Shown piece after piece: positions 8,405 to 18,847 of a DNA stretch of 64,000 bases. How positions within the stretch are numbered: position 1 is the first letter of the stretch; each line of letters opens with the position of its first letter. The stretch is from NCBI GenBank assembly GCA_051881855.1, contig JBJEQR010000012.1, positions 103-64,102 on the forward strand, read 5' to 3'. Both the position numbers and the translations under genes were made by a program. The notes beneath the pieces are model-generated. The model ran no database searches. It saw only the letters and a list, made by a program, of their open reading frames with translations, and had not been told where the DNA came from. Source of the DNA: Oscillospiraceae bacterium (GTDB lineage Bacteria; Bacillota; Clostridia; Oscillospirales; Ruminococcaceae).

Positions 8405-8935
8405 ATGGACGAGCTGATTTTGGTAAGACCATCTATGGAATATGCCGACGAAATAGAGGCTTTCAGCCGGGAAACAGCAGAAAGCAACGACGAAGATAAG
8501 TTCGCCGGCTGCAGCGCTTTGCAAAATTACGAATCGGTGGAGGACTGGATAATATACCTCGAGATGATGGAAAACCCAGAAACCTGCCCCGAGGGGCGCG
8601 TCCCGTCCACCACCTATATGGCGGTGCGGGAGGAGGACGGAAAAGTAGTCGGAATGATCGACCTTCGCCACCACATCGACCACCCGGTTCTGGGCCTTTG
8701 GGGCGGCCATATCGGCTATTCCGTTCGCCCAAGCGAAAGGCGGAAGGGCTATGCAAAGGAGATGCTCCGCCTCGACCTTGAAAAATGCCGGGAGCGGGGT
8801 CTAAAAAAAGTGATGATAACCTGTAACAGCGAAAATGCCGCCAGCGAGAGGACGATTCTCGCAAACGGAGGAGTTTTCGAAAAGGAAGTGGAGGCAGAGG
8901 GAGAAAGAATCAAAAGATATTGGATAAACCTATAA
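8405..8935 (+). CDS. GNAT-family N-acetyltransferase
   Basis: GNAT core (IGYSVRPSERRKGYAKEML..., NAASERTILANGG). RBS AAAGGAGGAA precedes the start. Confidence 0.8.
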   Translation: MDELILVRPSMEYADEIEAFSRETAESNDEDKFAGCSALQNYESVEDWIIYLEMMENPETCPEGRVPSTTYMAVREEDGKVVGMIDLRHHIDHPVLGLWGGHIGYSVRPSERRKGYAKEMLRLDLEKCRERGLKKVMITCNSENAASERTILANGGVFEKEVEAEGERIKRYWINL

Positions 8936-9029
8936 AATGCGTGCTGAATTTTCTCAAAACCGCTCTTGCAAAAAGCCAAGGGGTATGATATATTAAACTG
9001 TAACATTATTTTTATATGAGGTGATCAAA

Positions 9030-10424
9030 ATGAAAAGAACGGAGCTGAGGCTCATTTTTGCCTCCCCGGAAGCTTTCACCGAGCAGCCCGTAAAAATCTG
9101 CGGCTGGCTGAGGACTTCCCGCAACTCCAAATCTGTTGGCTTTATTGAACTTAACGACGGCACCTGCTTCTCCAATATTCAGGTCGTTTATGAGGAAAAT
9201 AACGTCAATAATTTCAAGGAGATCACTAAGCTCAACGTGGGCTCCGCCGTTTCCGTGGCCGGAAGAATCATTCTCACCCCCGACGCGAAGCAGCCCTTTG
9301 AGATTCACGCCGACGAAATAGAGGTGGAGGGCGAATCCACTCCGGACTATCCGCTCCAGAAAAAGCGCCACAGCCTCGAGTATCTTCGCACCATAGCACA
9401 CCTCCGCCCGAGGACCAACACCTTCTCCGCCGCTTTCCGCGTGAGAAGCGCCGCCGCTTTCGCTATCCACCAGTTTTTTCAGAGCAGGGGCTTCGTTTAC
9501 GTTCATACCCCGCTTATCACCGGTTCCGACTGCGAGGGCGCGGGCGAAATGTTCCGCGTAACTACCCTTGACCCGGAGAACCCGCCGAGAAAAGAGGACG
9601 GCACCGTCGATTTCAGCCAGGACTTCTTCGGGAAGGCCACCGGCCTCACCGTCTCCGGACAGCTTGAGGGCGAAGCCATGGCAATGGCTTTCAGCAACAT
9701 CTATACTTTCGGCCCTACATTCCGCGCCGAAAAGTCCTATACCCAGCGCCACGCCGCCGAGTTCTGGATGATTGAGCCGGAAATCGCCTTCGCGGACCTT
9801 GAGGACGAGATGCAGCTCTCCGAGGACATGATAAAGTATATCTTCCGCTACGTGCTCGACAACTGCCCGAGGGAGATGCAGTTCTTCAACGATTTCTATG
9901 ACAAGGGCCTCATCGAGCGCCTTGAAAGCATCATAAAGGCCGATTTCCCGAGGGTGGACTATACCGACGCCGTAGAGATGCTCAGCAAGGTCAAGGACCG
10001 CTTCGAGTACCCGGTATACTGGGGCTGCGACCTCCAGACCGAGCACGAGCGTTACCTCACCGAGGAGGTATATAAAGCTCCCATTTTCGTGACCAACTAC
10101 CCGAAGGAGATAAAAGCCTTCTATATGCGCCAGAACGACGACGGAAAGACCGTCGCCGCGGCGGACCTTCTTGTTCCCGGCGTCGGCGAGATAGTCGGCG
10201 GCAGCCAGCGTGAGGAACGTCTGGACGTCCTTCTTGACCGCATACACGAGCTCGGGCTCAAGGAGGAGGATTACAGCTGGTACCTTGACCTTCGCCGTTA
10301 CGGCGGCTGCAAGCACGCTGGCTATGGCCTCGGCTTCGAGCGCATCATTATGTACCTCACCGGAATCCAGAATATCCGTGACGTGCTTCCTTTCCCGAGA
10401 ACCACCGGCTCGGCCGAATTCTGA
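9030..10424 (+). CDS. asnS: Asparagine--tRNA ligase
   Basis: Class IIb synthetase with an N-terminal OB fold ([21 protein letters not shown]), FGPTFRAE, and GLGFERI near the C-terminus. ATG 9030 follows GAGGTG; the ORF-track GTG at 9021 is an alternative start. Confidence 0.9.
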   Translation: MKRTELRLIFASPEAFTEQPVKICGWLRTSRNSKSVGFIELNDGTCFSNIQVVYEENNVNNFKEITKLNVGSAVSVAGRIILTPDAKQPFEIHADEIEVEGESTPDYPLQKKRHSLEYLRTIAHLRPRTNTFSAAFRVRSAAAFAIHQFFQSRGFVYVHTPLITGSDCEGAGEMFRVTTLDPENPPRKEDGTVDFSQDFFGKATGLTVSGQLEGEAMAMAFSNIYTFGPTFRAEKSYTQRHAAEFWMIEPEIAFADLEDEMQLSEDMIKYIFRYVLDNCPREMQFFNDFYDKGLIERLESIIKADFPRVDYTDAVEMLSKVKDRFEYPVYWGCDLQTEHERYLTEEVYKAPIFVTNYPKEIKAFYMRQNDDGKTVAAADLLVPGVGEIVGGSQREERLDVLLDRIHELGLKEEDYSWYLDLRRYGGCKHAGYGLGFERIIMYLTGIQNIRDVLPFPRTTGSAEF

Positions 10425-10430
10425 GAAAAT

Positions 10431-10463
10431 TTGCTGCCGGAACATTTTCCGGCAGCTTTTTTG
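10431..10463 (+). terminator. Rho-independent terminator after asnS
   Basis: Stem GCTGCCGGAA / TTCCGGCAGC followed by TTTTTT. Confidence 0.85.
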
Positions 10464-10483
10464 ATTTTTTGCAAGGTGAATTT

Positions 10484-10954
10484 ATGCATCCGATAATTGA
10501 CCACATACATATAACAGTTTCCGACCTCACCCGTGCGGAAAAATTCTATGATAAGCTGCTCCCGATTCTGGGCTTCGACCCTGAGCGCAAGGAGTACGAC
10601 GCAGTTCCGGAGAATGAATACAGGATTGTCGAATACCATGACAAGAATTTCTCCTTCGGGCTTGTCTGCCCGAGGGAGGCCTACGCCGGAGAGCGTGTCT
10701 GCCGGAGGAAGCCCGGTGCGGTCCACCACATTGCTTTCCACGCAGGCAGCAGGGCAGCAGTGGCTAAGATTTATAAAAAAGTTTCCGCTATCCCGGCGGA
10801 AATAATCCATGAGCCGCAGTACTATCCTGAGTACTGCGAAGACTATTACGCTTTCTTTTTTAAAGATACCGAGGGCATAGAGTACGAGATAGTAAGCCTT
10901 GCCCGCAAAAAATATTTTGGCAAAGAGGTGCATTGCAGTGAAGAAATATTGTGA
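10484..10954 (+). CDS. VOC (glyoxalase/bleomycin-resistance/dioxygenase) family protein
   Basis: IDHIHITVSDLTRAEKFYDKLLPILGF and HIAFHA motifs. ATG 10484 follows AAGGTGA. Confidence 0.7.
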   Translation: MHPIIDHIHITVSDLTRAEKFYDKLLPILGFDPERKEYDAVPENEYRIVEYHDKNFSFGLVCPREAYAGERVCRRKPGAVHHIAFHAGSRAAVAKIYKKVSAIPAEIIHEPQYYPEYCEDYYAFFFKDTEGIEYEIVSLARKKYFGKEVHCSEEIL

Positions 10955-10955
10955 A

Positions 10956-12233
10956 ATGACAAAAACGGAGCTTACGGAGGAAAAGAAGCTCCTTGAAGAG
11001 CGCTACAACGGTAAAAAGGCCCTCGGCCTTAAGCTCGACATCTCCAGAGGCAAGCCCTGCCCGGAGCAGCTTGCGCTTTCAGCCCCGATGCTCGACCTTG
11101 TGAACAGCAAAACCGAAAATTTCAAATGTGAAAACGGCTTCGATATCCGTAACTATGGCGTAGTGGAGGGAATCCCGGAGTGCCGCCGCCTCTTTGCGGA
11201 GATTCTCGGCGCTGAGCCGGAGGAAGTGATAGTCACCGGCAACAGCTCTCTGAACCTTTTCTATGACCTCATTGCCCACGCCGTATGCCACGGGCTTCCC
11301 GGCTCAGTACACCCCTGGAGCGAGGAGAAAAACCGCAAGCTCCTCTGCCCGACCCCGGGCTATGACCGCCATTTTGCCGTGGGCGAGTTTTTCGGCTTCG
11401 AGCTTGTAACAGTAAAAATGAACTCCGACGGCCCGGATATGGACGAAGTGGAGCGCCTCATAGCGGACCCTTCGGTAAAAGGCATAGTCTGCGTGCCGAA
11501 ATATTCCAACCCACAGGGAATTTCCTATTCTGAGGAAGTGGTAAGACGCTTTGCTGACCTTTCTCCTGCGGCGCCGGATTTCCGCATTTTCTGGGATAAT
11601 GCCTACGTCGTCCATGACCTCTATCCCGACGGGGAGAAGGACTACGTTCCGTCCCTTCTCCGTCTTGCGGAGGAAAAGGGCAAGGGCAATATGGTCTATA
11701 TGCTCGGCAGCACCAGCAAGATAACCTTCCCCACCGGCGGCCTTGCAGCGGTGGCCTGCTCGGGTGAAAACATTGCCGACATCAAACGTATGCTCTCTTT
11801 CCAGAATATCGGCCCGGATAAGATAAACCAGATGCGCCACGTGCTGTTTTTTAAAAACCTTGACGGAGTGCTCAGCCATATGAGAAAACAGGCGGAGATT
11901 ATACGCCCCAAATTTGAAACGGTGCTCACAGTGCTCAAATCTGAACTCGGTGAAACCGGCATTGCGAAATGGAACAGCCCCAGGGGCGGCTATTTCATTT
12001 CTGCTGAGCTTCTTCCCGGCACCGCGAAGCGCACAGTGGCCCTTTGTAAGGAGGCGGGCCTCACCCTGACCGGGGCGGGCTCAGTCTATCCCTACGGCAG
12101 GGACCCGGAGGACAGCGTCCTTCGCATTGCTCCCACCTTCGCCCCGGCGGCGGATCTTCCCGCCGCAATGGAGCTTTTCTCCATATCCGCAAGGCTTGCG
12201 GCGGCTGAAAAGCTGCTTTCAGAAAAAGTATAA
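10956..12233 (+). CDS. PLP-dependent aminotransferase (class I/II fold)
   Basis: It has aminotransferase length and pattern, including GSTSKITFPTGG, which carries the candidate PLP lysine. I chose the internal ATG at 10956 because the ORF-track start overlaps the preceding gene. Confidence 0.75.
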   Translation: MTKTELTEEKKLLEERYNGKKALGLKLDISRGKPCPEQLALSAPMLDLVNSKTENFKCENGFDIRNYGVVEGIPECRRLFAEILGAEPEEVIVTGNSSLNLFYDLIAHAVCHGLPGSVHPWSEEKNRKLLCPTPGYDRHFAVGEFFGFELVTVKMNSDGPDMDEVERLIADPSVKGIVCVPKYSNPQGISYSEEVVRRFADLSPAAPDFRIFWDNAYVVHDLYPDGEKDYVPSLLRLAEEKGKGNMVYMLGSTSKITFPTGGLAAVACSGENIADIKRMLSFQNIGPDKINQMRHVLFFKNLDGVLSHMRKQAEIIRPKFETVLTVLKSELGETGIAKWNSPRGGYFISAELLPGTAKRTVALCKEAGLTLTGAGSVYPYGRDPEDSVLRIAPTFAPAADLPAAMELFSISARLAAAEKLLSEKV

Positions 12234-12248
12234 AAGCGAGGTTATAAA

Positions 12249-12800
12249 ATGTATGTACTTGCCTCCGGCTCTCCGAGAAGGAAAGAGCTTATGAGCCTTA
12301 TTTTGCCTGAATATGAATGTGTGGTTTCCGGCTGTGAGGAATCCGTGCCCGAGGGCACTCCCGCGGAAAAAGTGCCTGTCCTCCTTGCGGAGCAGAAAGC
12401 CCTTGCCGTCGCGGCCCTCCGCCCCGACGACACCGTTATCGGTTCCGATACCGTCGTGGTGCTCGACGGAGAAATCTTCGGCAAGCCGAAAAACGCCGAT
12501 GACGCCAAAACCATGCTCAGAAGGCTTTCCGGAAGAAAGCATTTTGTATATACCGGCGTTGCCGTTGCCGAAAAGGGCGCCGTACGCTCCTTTGTCCAGA
12601 AAACCGAGGTGGAGTTTTATGAGCTTTCTGATGAGACAATAGAAAGCTACGTTGCCACTTCTGAGCCGATGGACAAGGCAGGCGCGTACGGGATCCAGGG
12701 CAAGGGTTCCGTCCTTGTGAAAGGCATAGTGGGCGACTATTTTAACGTAATGGGCTTTCCCGTGGCGGAAACAGCGCGCTTTCTCGGCCTCGTAAAATAA
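12249..12800 (+). CDS. maf: Maf-family nucleoside triphosphate pyrophosphatase
   Basis: LASGSPRRKELM at the N-terminus, plus DKAGAYGIQG and GDYFNVMGFP. Confidence 0.9.
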   Translation: MYVLASGSPRRKELMSLILPEYECVVSGCEESVPEGTPAEKVPVLLAEQKALAVAALRPDDTVIGSDTVVVLDGEIFGKPKNADDAKTMLRRLSGRKHFVYTGVAVAEKGAVRSFVQKTEVEFYELSDETIESYVATSEPMDKAGAYGIQGKGSVLVKGIVGDYFNVMGFPVAETARFLGLVK

Positions 12801-12811
12801 AAATGCAAAGA

Positions 12812-12841
12812 AAAAATCCGATGCTGAGCATCGGATTTTTC
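12812..12841 (+). terminator. Rho-independent terminator after maf
   Basis: Stem ATCCGATGC / GCATCGGAT with loop TGA, followed by TTTT. Confidence 0.85.
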
Positions 12842-13172
12842 TTGTTATAAGACATATATGAAAGTAAGGAGAAAAAGCGGATATAGAAGGCACTTTGGAG
12901 GGAAAGTGCCTTCGCACAAGGAGAAAAAAGAAAGAAAAAATATGAAAAAAGTCAGTGCCTTTGTTGAGTATGTGATAATAATACACCATATAAGGACACT
13001 TGTCAACAGTATAAACACAAATTTTAAAAATTTTTTACTTCCTTTTGAAAATCAAGGGCCCTGCTGCCGGTGGTGGGACGCGTATCAGAAAAGACATTTT
13101 TTTATTTTCCTTGCAGCAAAGCCCATAATATGATAATATATATAATTAGCTTATTGTAACCGGAGGTAAAAG

Positions 13173-15359
13173 ATGTCTTTCTCGTATGAAACGTTAAATA
13201 ACCGCCAGCTTGACGCGGTTTTACATAAGGACGGCCCGCTTCTTGTCCTTGCGGGTGCCGGCTCCGGCAAAACCACTGTTTTGATAGCGAGGGTGGCAAG
13301 GCTCATTGAGAGCGGCGTCCGCCCCTGGAATATACTCACTATCACTTTTACCAACAAAGCGGCGGACGAGCTTAAAAACCGCCTTGTCACAAAGCTCGGA
13401 ACGGAAGCCGCCGACGTCTTTGCCTCCACTTTCCACAGCATGTGCGTGCGCATACTGCGCCGGGACGCGGAAAAAATAGACATTCCGAGGAGTTTTACCA
13501 TATATGACGCTGACGACAGCCTCCGGGTCGTCAAAAAATGCCTTAAAACTCTCGGCATGGATGAAAAGCAGTACCCTCCGAAGCCCCTTGCGGGAGCTAT
13601 CAGCCATGCGAAGGAACGCCTTGAAAGCCCTCAGGACGTTCTGGACAATTCCGAACGCACCGGGGATTACCGCCTGAAAGTCACCGCAAAGGTATATGCC
13701 GCCTATCAGAAGGAGCTTCACGAAGCGGGGGCGCTCGATTTTGATGACCTCCTCTGTGAGACTGTGAGGCTTTTCAAAAGCTCCCCGGAAACTCTCGAAT
13801 ATTACCAGGACCGCTGGAAATATTTAATGGTCGACGAATATCAGGACACAAACCACGTCCAATATATGCTTGTGGCGCTGCTTGCGGCGAAGAATAAAAA
13901 CCTCTGCGTAGTGGGCGACGATGACCAGTCGATTTATAAATTCCGGGGCGCCACCATTGAAAATATCCTCTCCTTTGAGCGCCAGTTCCCGGGGGCCAAG
14001 GTGGTGCGCCTCGAGCAGAACTACCGCTCCACCCAGAATATACTTTCCGCCGCCAATAAGGTCATTGAGCACAACACAGAAAGAAAGGGCAAAAATCTGT
14101 GGACTGCCAACGGCGACGGCAGCAAAATAACAGTCCGCCGCTGCGAAAATGAGGAGGCTGAGGCCTCCTTTGTGGCAAACACCATTCTTGACGGCATAAG
14201 CGCCGGGCAGAGATACGGCGACTTTGCGGTGCTCTACCGTATGCACGCCCAGTCAAACAGCATTGAGCACGCCCTTCTGCGTGCGGGCGTGCCCTATAAG
14301 GTGGTGGGCGGCCTGCGCTTTTATGAGCGCAAGGAGATAAAGGACCTGCTTGCATATATGTCCGTTGTCTGCAACCCGTCGGACAACCTGCGCCTTGAGC
14401 GCATAATCAACGAGCCGAAGCGGGGCATAGGGGATACAACCCTCGCCGCTGCCCAGCATATTTCCGACGTGTGTGGGATACCACTGTTTGAGGTTTTTGA
14501 GCACGCTGACGAATATGCGGACCTTTCAAAGCGCTCCGCCGCTTTGATGAAATTCACCGATATGATAAAGGAGCTTTCCGACGCGGCGGAGGATTTTGAA
14601 GCCGAGAGCTTTTTTGACCTGCTCTGCGAAAAGACGGGCTATACCGAAATGCTCCGTGCCCAGGGAGTAGAGGGCGAAGCCCGGCTTGAGAATATCGGCG
14701 AGCTCAAAACCAACCTTATAAAGTATCAGGACGCTTCGGACAGCCCCGAGCTTGCAGGCTTCCTTGAGGAGGTCGCGCTCTATACCGACCTTGACCGCCT
14801 GGAAGAGAGCGATTCTGTGCTGATGATGACTCTCCATTCCGCCAAGGGCCTCGAGTTCACAAACGTGTTTGTGGTGGGCCTCGAGGAGGGAATTTTCCCG
14901 GGGATGCAGGCGATATACGATATGAACGAAATGGAGGAGGAGCGCCGCCTTGCCTATGTGGGCATCACCCGCGCCAAAAGGAATCTCTATCTCACCGCCG
15001 CCGCCAGCCGAATGATTTTCGGCCAAACGAGCCACAACCGCCTGTCGAGGTTCGTTGAGGAAATACCCGGCGAGTATAAGGATTTTAACGACGAGACGGA
15101 GCGCCGCCGCCAGAACGTCAGCTTCCACTTTGAGGAATCGCCTCAGGGTGAAATCCGGGTGGAAAAGAGCTTCACAGCTGCGCCAAAAGCGGAAAGAGCT
15201 GCTTTCAGAACCGGTGACGTGGTTTCGCACCGTGTGTTCGGAAAGGGTACGGTCCTCTCAGCAACGCCCATGTCTGGGGACACGCTTCTTGAAATCGCCT
15301 TTGAAAAGGCCGGGACCAAAAAGCTCATGGCGAACTTTGCGAAGCTGAAAAAAGTTTAA
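13173..15359 (+). CDS. pcrA: ATP-dependent DNA helicase PcrA (UvrD/Rep superfamily 1)
   Basis: AGAGSGKTT Walker A, MVDEYQDTN motif II, VGDDDQSIYKFRGA, TLHSAKGLEF and YVGITRAK. The 728-aa length fits PcrA. Confidence 0.9.
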   Translation: MSFSYETLNNRQLDAVLHKDGPLLVLAGAGSGKTTVLIARVARLIESGVRPWNILTITFTNKAADELKNRLVTKLGTEAADVFASTFHSMCVRILRRDAEKIDIPRSFTIYDADDSLRVVKKCLKTLGMDEKQYPPKPLAGAISHAKERLESPQDVLDNSERTGDYRLKVTAKVYAAYQKELHEAGALDFDDLLCETVRLFKSSPETLEYYQDRWKYLMVDEYQDTNHVQYMLVALLAAKNKNLCVVGDDDQSIYKFRGATIENILSFERQFPGAKVVRLEQNYRSTQNILSAANKVIEHNTERKGKNLWTANGDGSKITVRRCENEEAEASFVANTILDGISAGQRYGDFAVLYRMHAQSNSIEHALLRAGVPYKVVGGLRFYERKEIKDLLAYMSVVCNPSDNLRLERIINEPKRGIGDTTLAAAQHISDVCGIPLFEVFEHADEYADLSKRSAALMKFTDMIKELSDAAEDFEAESFFDLLCEKTGYTEMLRAQGVEGEARLENIGELKTNLIKYQDASDSPELAGFLEEVALYTDLDRLEESDSVLMMTLHSAKGLEFTNVFVVGLEEGIFPGMQAIYDMNEMEEERRLAYVGITRAKRNLYLTAAASRMIFGQTSHNRLSRFVEEIPGEYKDFNDETERRRQNVSFHFEESPQGEIRVEKSFTAAPKAERAAFRTGDVVSHRVFGKGTVLSATPMSGDTLLEIAFEKAGTKKLMANFAKLKKV

Positions 15360-15380
15360 CCGCATAAAGGGGGCATATAT

Positions 15381-16244
15381 TTGATGTCTGTTGATATGGA
15401 AACTGAAGCCGCCGAGGACGCTTTTCAGGTGATAACCGAAAGAACAGAGGGCATGAGCTTCAGCGAAATATGGGAAAAATTCGGCATGGAGATAATAATA
15501 GCCGTAGCGATTCTCGTTGCCGGCTGGTTTTTAGTAAAATGGCTGTCCGATACTTTGCAGAAAGCTCTGATTAAAAGGGGCGCCGTCGGAGCTTCCACAA
15601 AAATGCTCAACACATTGATGAGGTTTGTCCTTTACTTTAATGTGGTGCTGGTGGCCGCTTCTGTGCTCGACATTCCAACAAACTCCGTGCTCGCGCTTTT
15701 CAGCGCCTTTGCTCTGGCGTTTTCCCTTGCTGTTAAGGACAGCCTGGCCCTTTTTGCCAGCGGAGTCCTGATTCTGCTGTCAAAGCCTTTTTCGGAAGGG
15801 GATTTCGTGGAAATACCCTCCGAGGAGGTCAGCGGATACGTTTCCACCGTCGGGCTGATACACACAAGGCTCAGAACCGGGGACAACAAGGAAATAGTCA
15901 TTCCGAACAGCATTGTCACCGGGAATACGCTTATAAATTACAGCAAGATGGGTATCAGAAGGCTTGATTCCACCTTTTCAATTTCGTACAGCTCAGATAT
16001 TGCCCTTGCCAAAAGGACCATACTTGAGGTGCTCGAGAATGAGCCCCTGGCTGAAAAGGAGCCGGAGCCTGTGGTAATGGTGACCGCCCTTGGAGCAAGC
16101 TCTGTGGATATTATCTGCAAGGTCTACGTCAAATGGGACGATTATGAGACCCTGCGCGGTATTGTCAACGAAAAGGTAAAGCTCGCTTTCGACGAAAGGA
16201 AGATAGATTTCCCGTTCAGCCAGCTCGATGTTCATGTAAAATGA
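15381..16244 (+). CDS. Small-conductance mechanosensitive channel (MscS family)
   Basis: Three N-terminal TM helices followed by the MscS beta-domain (PFSEGDFVEI....GYV..VGLIHTRLRT.DNKEIVIPNS). Confidence 0.85.
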   Translation: MMSVDMETEAAEDAFQVITERTEGMSFSEIWEKFGMEIIIAVAILVAGWFLVKWLSDTLQKALIKRGAVGASTKMLNTLMRFVLYFNVVLVAASVLDIPTNSVLALFSAFALAFSLAVKDSLALFASGVLILLSKPFSEGDFVEIPSEEVSGYVSTVGLIHTRLRTGDNKEIVIPNSIVTGNTLINYSKMGIRRLDSTFSISYSSDIALAKRTILEVLENEPLAEKEPEPVVMVTALGASSVDIICKVYVKWDDYETLRGIVNEKVKLAFDERKIDFPFSQLDVHVK

Positions 16245-16277
16245 AAGCCTACGGCTTTTTGATAGAAGGAGATTAAA

Positions 16278-17558
16278 ATGTCAGAAACACTCGTAAGAAA
16301 AAAGATAGGCGATGAAGCCTATATAAGCTCCATTAAGGAGACAAAATTCAAGTCCGACAGGATAACGGTCTGCCTCGTGACCCCTCTCAGGAGGGAGACT
16401 GTCACCGCAAACGCTCTGGTGCCGTTCGTGCTCCGCAAGGGCTGCAAATCCTGCCCTGATTTTACAGAGCTCAACAAAAAGCTCGCCGGAATGTACGGAG
16501 CTATCCTCGACGCGGACGTTTCAAAGCAGGCGGACCTCCAGATCGTGGAGCTTTCGCTCCAGTTCATTGACGACCGCTTTGCCATAGGAGGGGACAAAAT
16601 GACCGAGCAGGCCGCAAAGCTTCTCTCCGACCTGATTTTTGAGCCTAATCTCGATGAAAACGGCCTTTTCCCGCAAAAGGACTTGGAGCTTGAGCGGAGC
16701 TACCTCATTGACACCATAAACAGCGACCTCAACGACAAACGCGTTTACGCCATAAAGCAGACTTCCGCAATGATTTTTGAGGGGGAGCCCTTCGGGATCT
16801 GCCGCTACGGCTATGTTGAGGATGCTGAAAAGATAACCGGCCCGCAGCTTGCGAATGCATGGCGCGAGCTTGTAAAAACCTCCCGCATTGAAATTATGTT
16901 CACCGGCCCCGGCGAATCCGAGACCGCTGAGCAGGTCTTTGCAAAGCGCATAGCCGAGGTAAAGCGTGAGCCTGCTTCCTTCGAGCGCACGCCCATAACC
17001 GCCTATTCCGAGTACAGGGAGGCGGAGGAGGAAATGGACATAGTCCAGGGTAAGCTCGTCATGGCTTTCAGAATGGGCGCTCCCGAAACGGAGCGGGAAA
17101 AGAACGCCGCGAGGGTTTTCTCCGCCATTTACGGCGGAACGCCTTTCTCAAAGCTCTTTATGAACGTCCGCGAAAAACTCAGCCTTTGCTATTATGTCCT
17201 CTCTCACTTTGAGCGGGGCACCGGCGTGATGGTTGTCGACAGCGGCATAGAGTTCGAGAGCAGGGACGCCGCCCAGGTTGAAATACTTAACCAGCTCGAG
17301 GCAGTGAGATCCGGCGATTTCACCGACGTTGAGCTTGCGCAGACAAAGCTTATCATCAAAAACAGCCTCGGTTCCGTGGGCGATTCCCTCGGCGCCGTTG
17401 AAAGCTGGTATATGACCGGGATCCTCGACGGGCTCATTGTAACTCCCGAGGAGGACGCCGCCGCCATCGACGAAATAACCCGCGAAGAGGTTATTGCCGC
17501 CGCAAACAAAGCGAAGCTTACCACTGTATTTTTCCTCAAAGGAGGCGAAAAAGGATGA
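16278..17558 (+). CDS. M16-family (insulinase-like) peptidase subunit without the HxxEH zinc motif
   Basis: It has M16 architecture and length, but I see no HxxEH motif. It is translationally coupled (ATGA 17555-17558) to a motif-bearing paralogue. Confidence 0.75.
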   Translation: MSETLVRKKIGDEAYISSIKETKFKSDRITVCLVTPLRRETVTANALVPFVLRKGCKSCPDFTELNKKLAGMYGAILDADVSKQADLQIVELSLQFIDDRFAIGGDKMTEQAAKLLSDLIFEPNLDENGLFPQKDLELERSYLIDTINSDLNDKRVYAIKQTSAMIFEGEPFGICRYGYVEDAEKITGPQLANAWRELVKTSRIEIMFTGPGESETAEQVFAKRIAEVKREPASFERTPITAYSEYREAEEEMDIVQGKLVMAFRMGAPETEREKNAARVFSAIYGGTPFSKLFMNVREKLSLCYYVLSHFERGTGVMVVDSGIEFESRDAAQVEILNQLEAVRSGDFTDVELAQTKLIIKNSLGSVGDSLGAVESWYMTGILDGLIVTPEEDAAAIDEITREEVIAAANKAKLTTVFFLKGGEKG

Positions 17559-18832
17559 ACACCGTCGTCGAAAAAATTGAAAATGAGCGCCTTGGCAGCT
17601 GCTATTATAAAGTAAAACATTCCTCCGGCCTCACAATGCTCCTTGCGCCAATGGAAGGCTTCACCACCTCCTACGCCATGTTCGGAACTGCCTACGGCTC
17701 CGTGGATACCTTTATTAAAACCGATGAGAAAGAGGGCTTCAAGAAACTGCCGGAGGGCATAGCCCACTACCTTGAGCACAAGCTCTTTGAGAGCGAGGAG
17801 TGCTCTGCCTTCGACCGTTACGCCAAAACCGGCGCCAACGCTAACGCCTTCACCTCTTTTGACCGCACCTCCTATCTTTTCTCCTGCTCCCAGAATTTTA
17901 AGGAGAGCCTTGAAATTCTCCTCGACTTTGTGACCCACCCGTATTTTACTCCCGAGACCGTCGCAAAAGAACAGGGCATAATCGGCCAGGAAATCAGAAT
18001 GTATGACGATTCCCCGGACTGGAGAGTGCTTTTTAACCTCCTCGGTGCAATTTACCACAAAAATCCGGTAAAAATAGACATTGCCGGCACAAAGGAGTCC
18101 ATTTCCCATATCACAGCTGACCTTCTTTATGAATGTTACAATACCTTCTATAACCTTCACAACATGGTGCTCGCAGTTGCAGGAAACTTCACGGTGGACG
18201 ACGTGCTCACCGTGGCTGATTCCGTGCTCAAACCTGCGGAGCCTTTCTTCCTTGAGAGGGGAGACTGCGGCGAGCCTGAGCACGTGGTCACCGATTTTGT
18301 GGAGCAGCATCTCCCGGTCTCAGTCCCAATGTTCAACATCGGCTTCAAAGGCAAAACCGGCACTGAAGCGGAGAATTACCGCGGCAGCGTCCTTGATGAG
18401 ATTTTCCTTGAGGCGCTTTTCGACGATTATACCGGCCTTTACCGCGAGCTTTACGACAGTGGCCTTATAAACGCCACTTTCGGAAGCGAGGTTTTCAGCG
18501 GCAGGGACTATATAACACTTCTGGTTTCCGGCGAATCGAGAGAGCCCGAAAAGGTATATGAAAAAGTGAAGGCCGGATTTGCAAAGGCTCTTGAGCACGG
18601 GATTCCCGCGGATGTTTTTGAGTGTGCTCAAAAATCCGTCTATGGCCGCTATCTCCGCGCTACCGAAAGGGTGGAGGGCGTGACGACGACCCTATTTAAC
18701 GGCTATTTCCCGGGTGTGGATATGTATGATATGATCGAGACTGCCGCCTGTGCAACCCAGGAGACGGTGCTTAAAAGGATAAGAAATACTTACTGCGCGG
18801 AAAACTCCGCTCTCTCCGTAATAAGACCTTAA
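17555..18832 (+). CDS. M16-family zinc peptidase
   Basis: HYLEHKLFE contains the inverted zinc-binding HxxEH motif. It is paired with the preceding M16 subunit. Confidence 0.85.
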   Translation: MNTVVEKIENERLGSCYYKVKHSSGLTMLLAPMEGFTTSYAMFGTAYGSVDTFIKTDEKEGFKKLPEGIAHYLEHKLFESEECSAFDRYAKTGANANAFTSFDRTSYLFSCSQNFKESLEILLDFVTHPYFTPETVAKEQGIIGQEIRMYDDSPDWRVLFNLLGAIYHKNPVKIDIAGTKESISHITADLLYECYNTFYNLHNMVLAVAGNFTVDDVLTVADSVLKPAEPFFLERGDCGEPEHVVTDFVEQHLPVSVPMFNIGFKGKTGTEAENYRGSVLDEIFLEALFDDYTGLYRELYDSGLINATFGSEVFSGRDYITLLVSGESREPEKVYEKVKAGFAKALEHGIPADVFECAQKSVYGRYLRATERVEGVTTTLFNGYFPGVDMYDMIETAACATQETVLKRIRNTYCAENSALSVIRP

Positions 18833-18847
18833 AAAGGGGGATAAAAT

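Noticed and set aside
8936-9029. A possible T-box or other leader upstream of asnS.
   Set aside because: Only ~95 nt lie between the GNAT stop and the asnS start. About 40 nt remain after the TTGCAA-17-TATATT promoter, which is far too short for a T-box, and I saw no specifier or T-box sequence.
9012-10445. A 477-aa minus-strand ORF spanning the whole asnS locus.
   Set aside because: It is exactly antisense to a gene with unmistakable AsnRS motifs. Its product is Ala/Gly/Val/Leu-rich with no recognisable domain and no RBS. This is a typical shadow ORF of GC-rich coding sequence.
12219-13133. ORF-track ORFs 12219-12989 (-) and 12858-13133 (+) in and around the maf-pcrA gap.
   Set aside because: The minus ORF is mostly antisense to maf. 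The plus ORF has no RBS at either ATG (the nearest AGGAG is 17 nt away), an odd composition, and runs through AT-rich promoter-like sequence. I treated the region as non-coding; see the finding on the gap.
17204-18310. A 368-aa minus-strand ORF. Similar long antisense ORFs occur at 22088-23041, 23805-24941, 27958-28896, 40411-41247, 43076-43888, 54724-55455 and 62892-63710.
   Set aside because: Each lies opposite a plus-strand gene with strong family signatures (M16 peptidases, obg, AI-2E transporter, amidohydrolase, DUF421, ABC ATPase, VanW, pepF). None has a plausible RBS or recognisable motifs.
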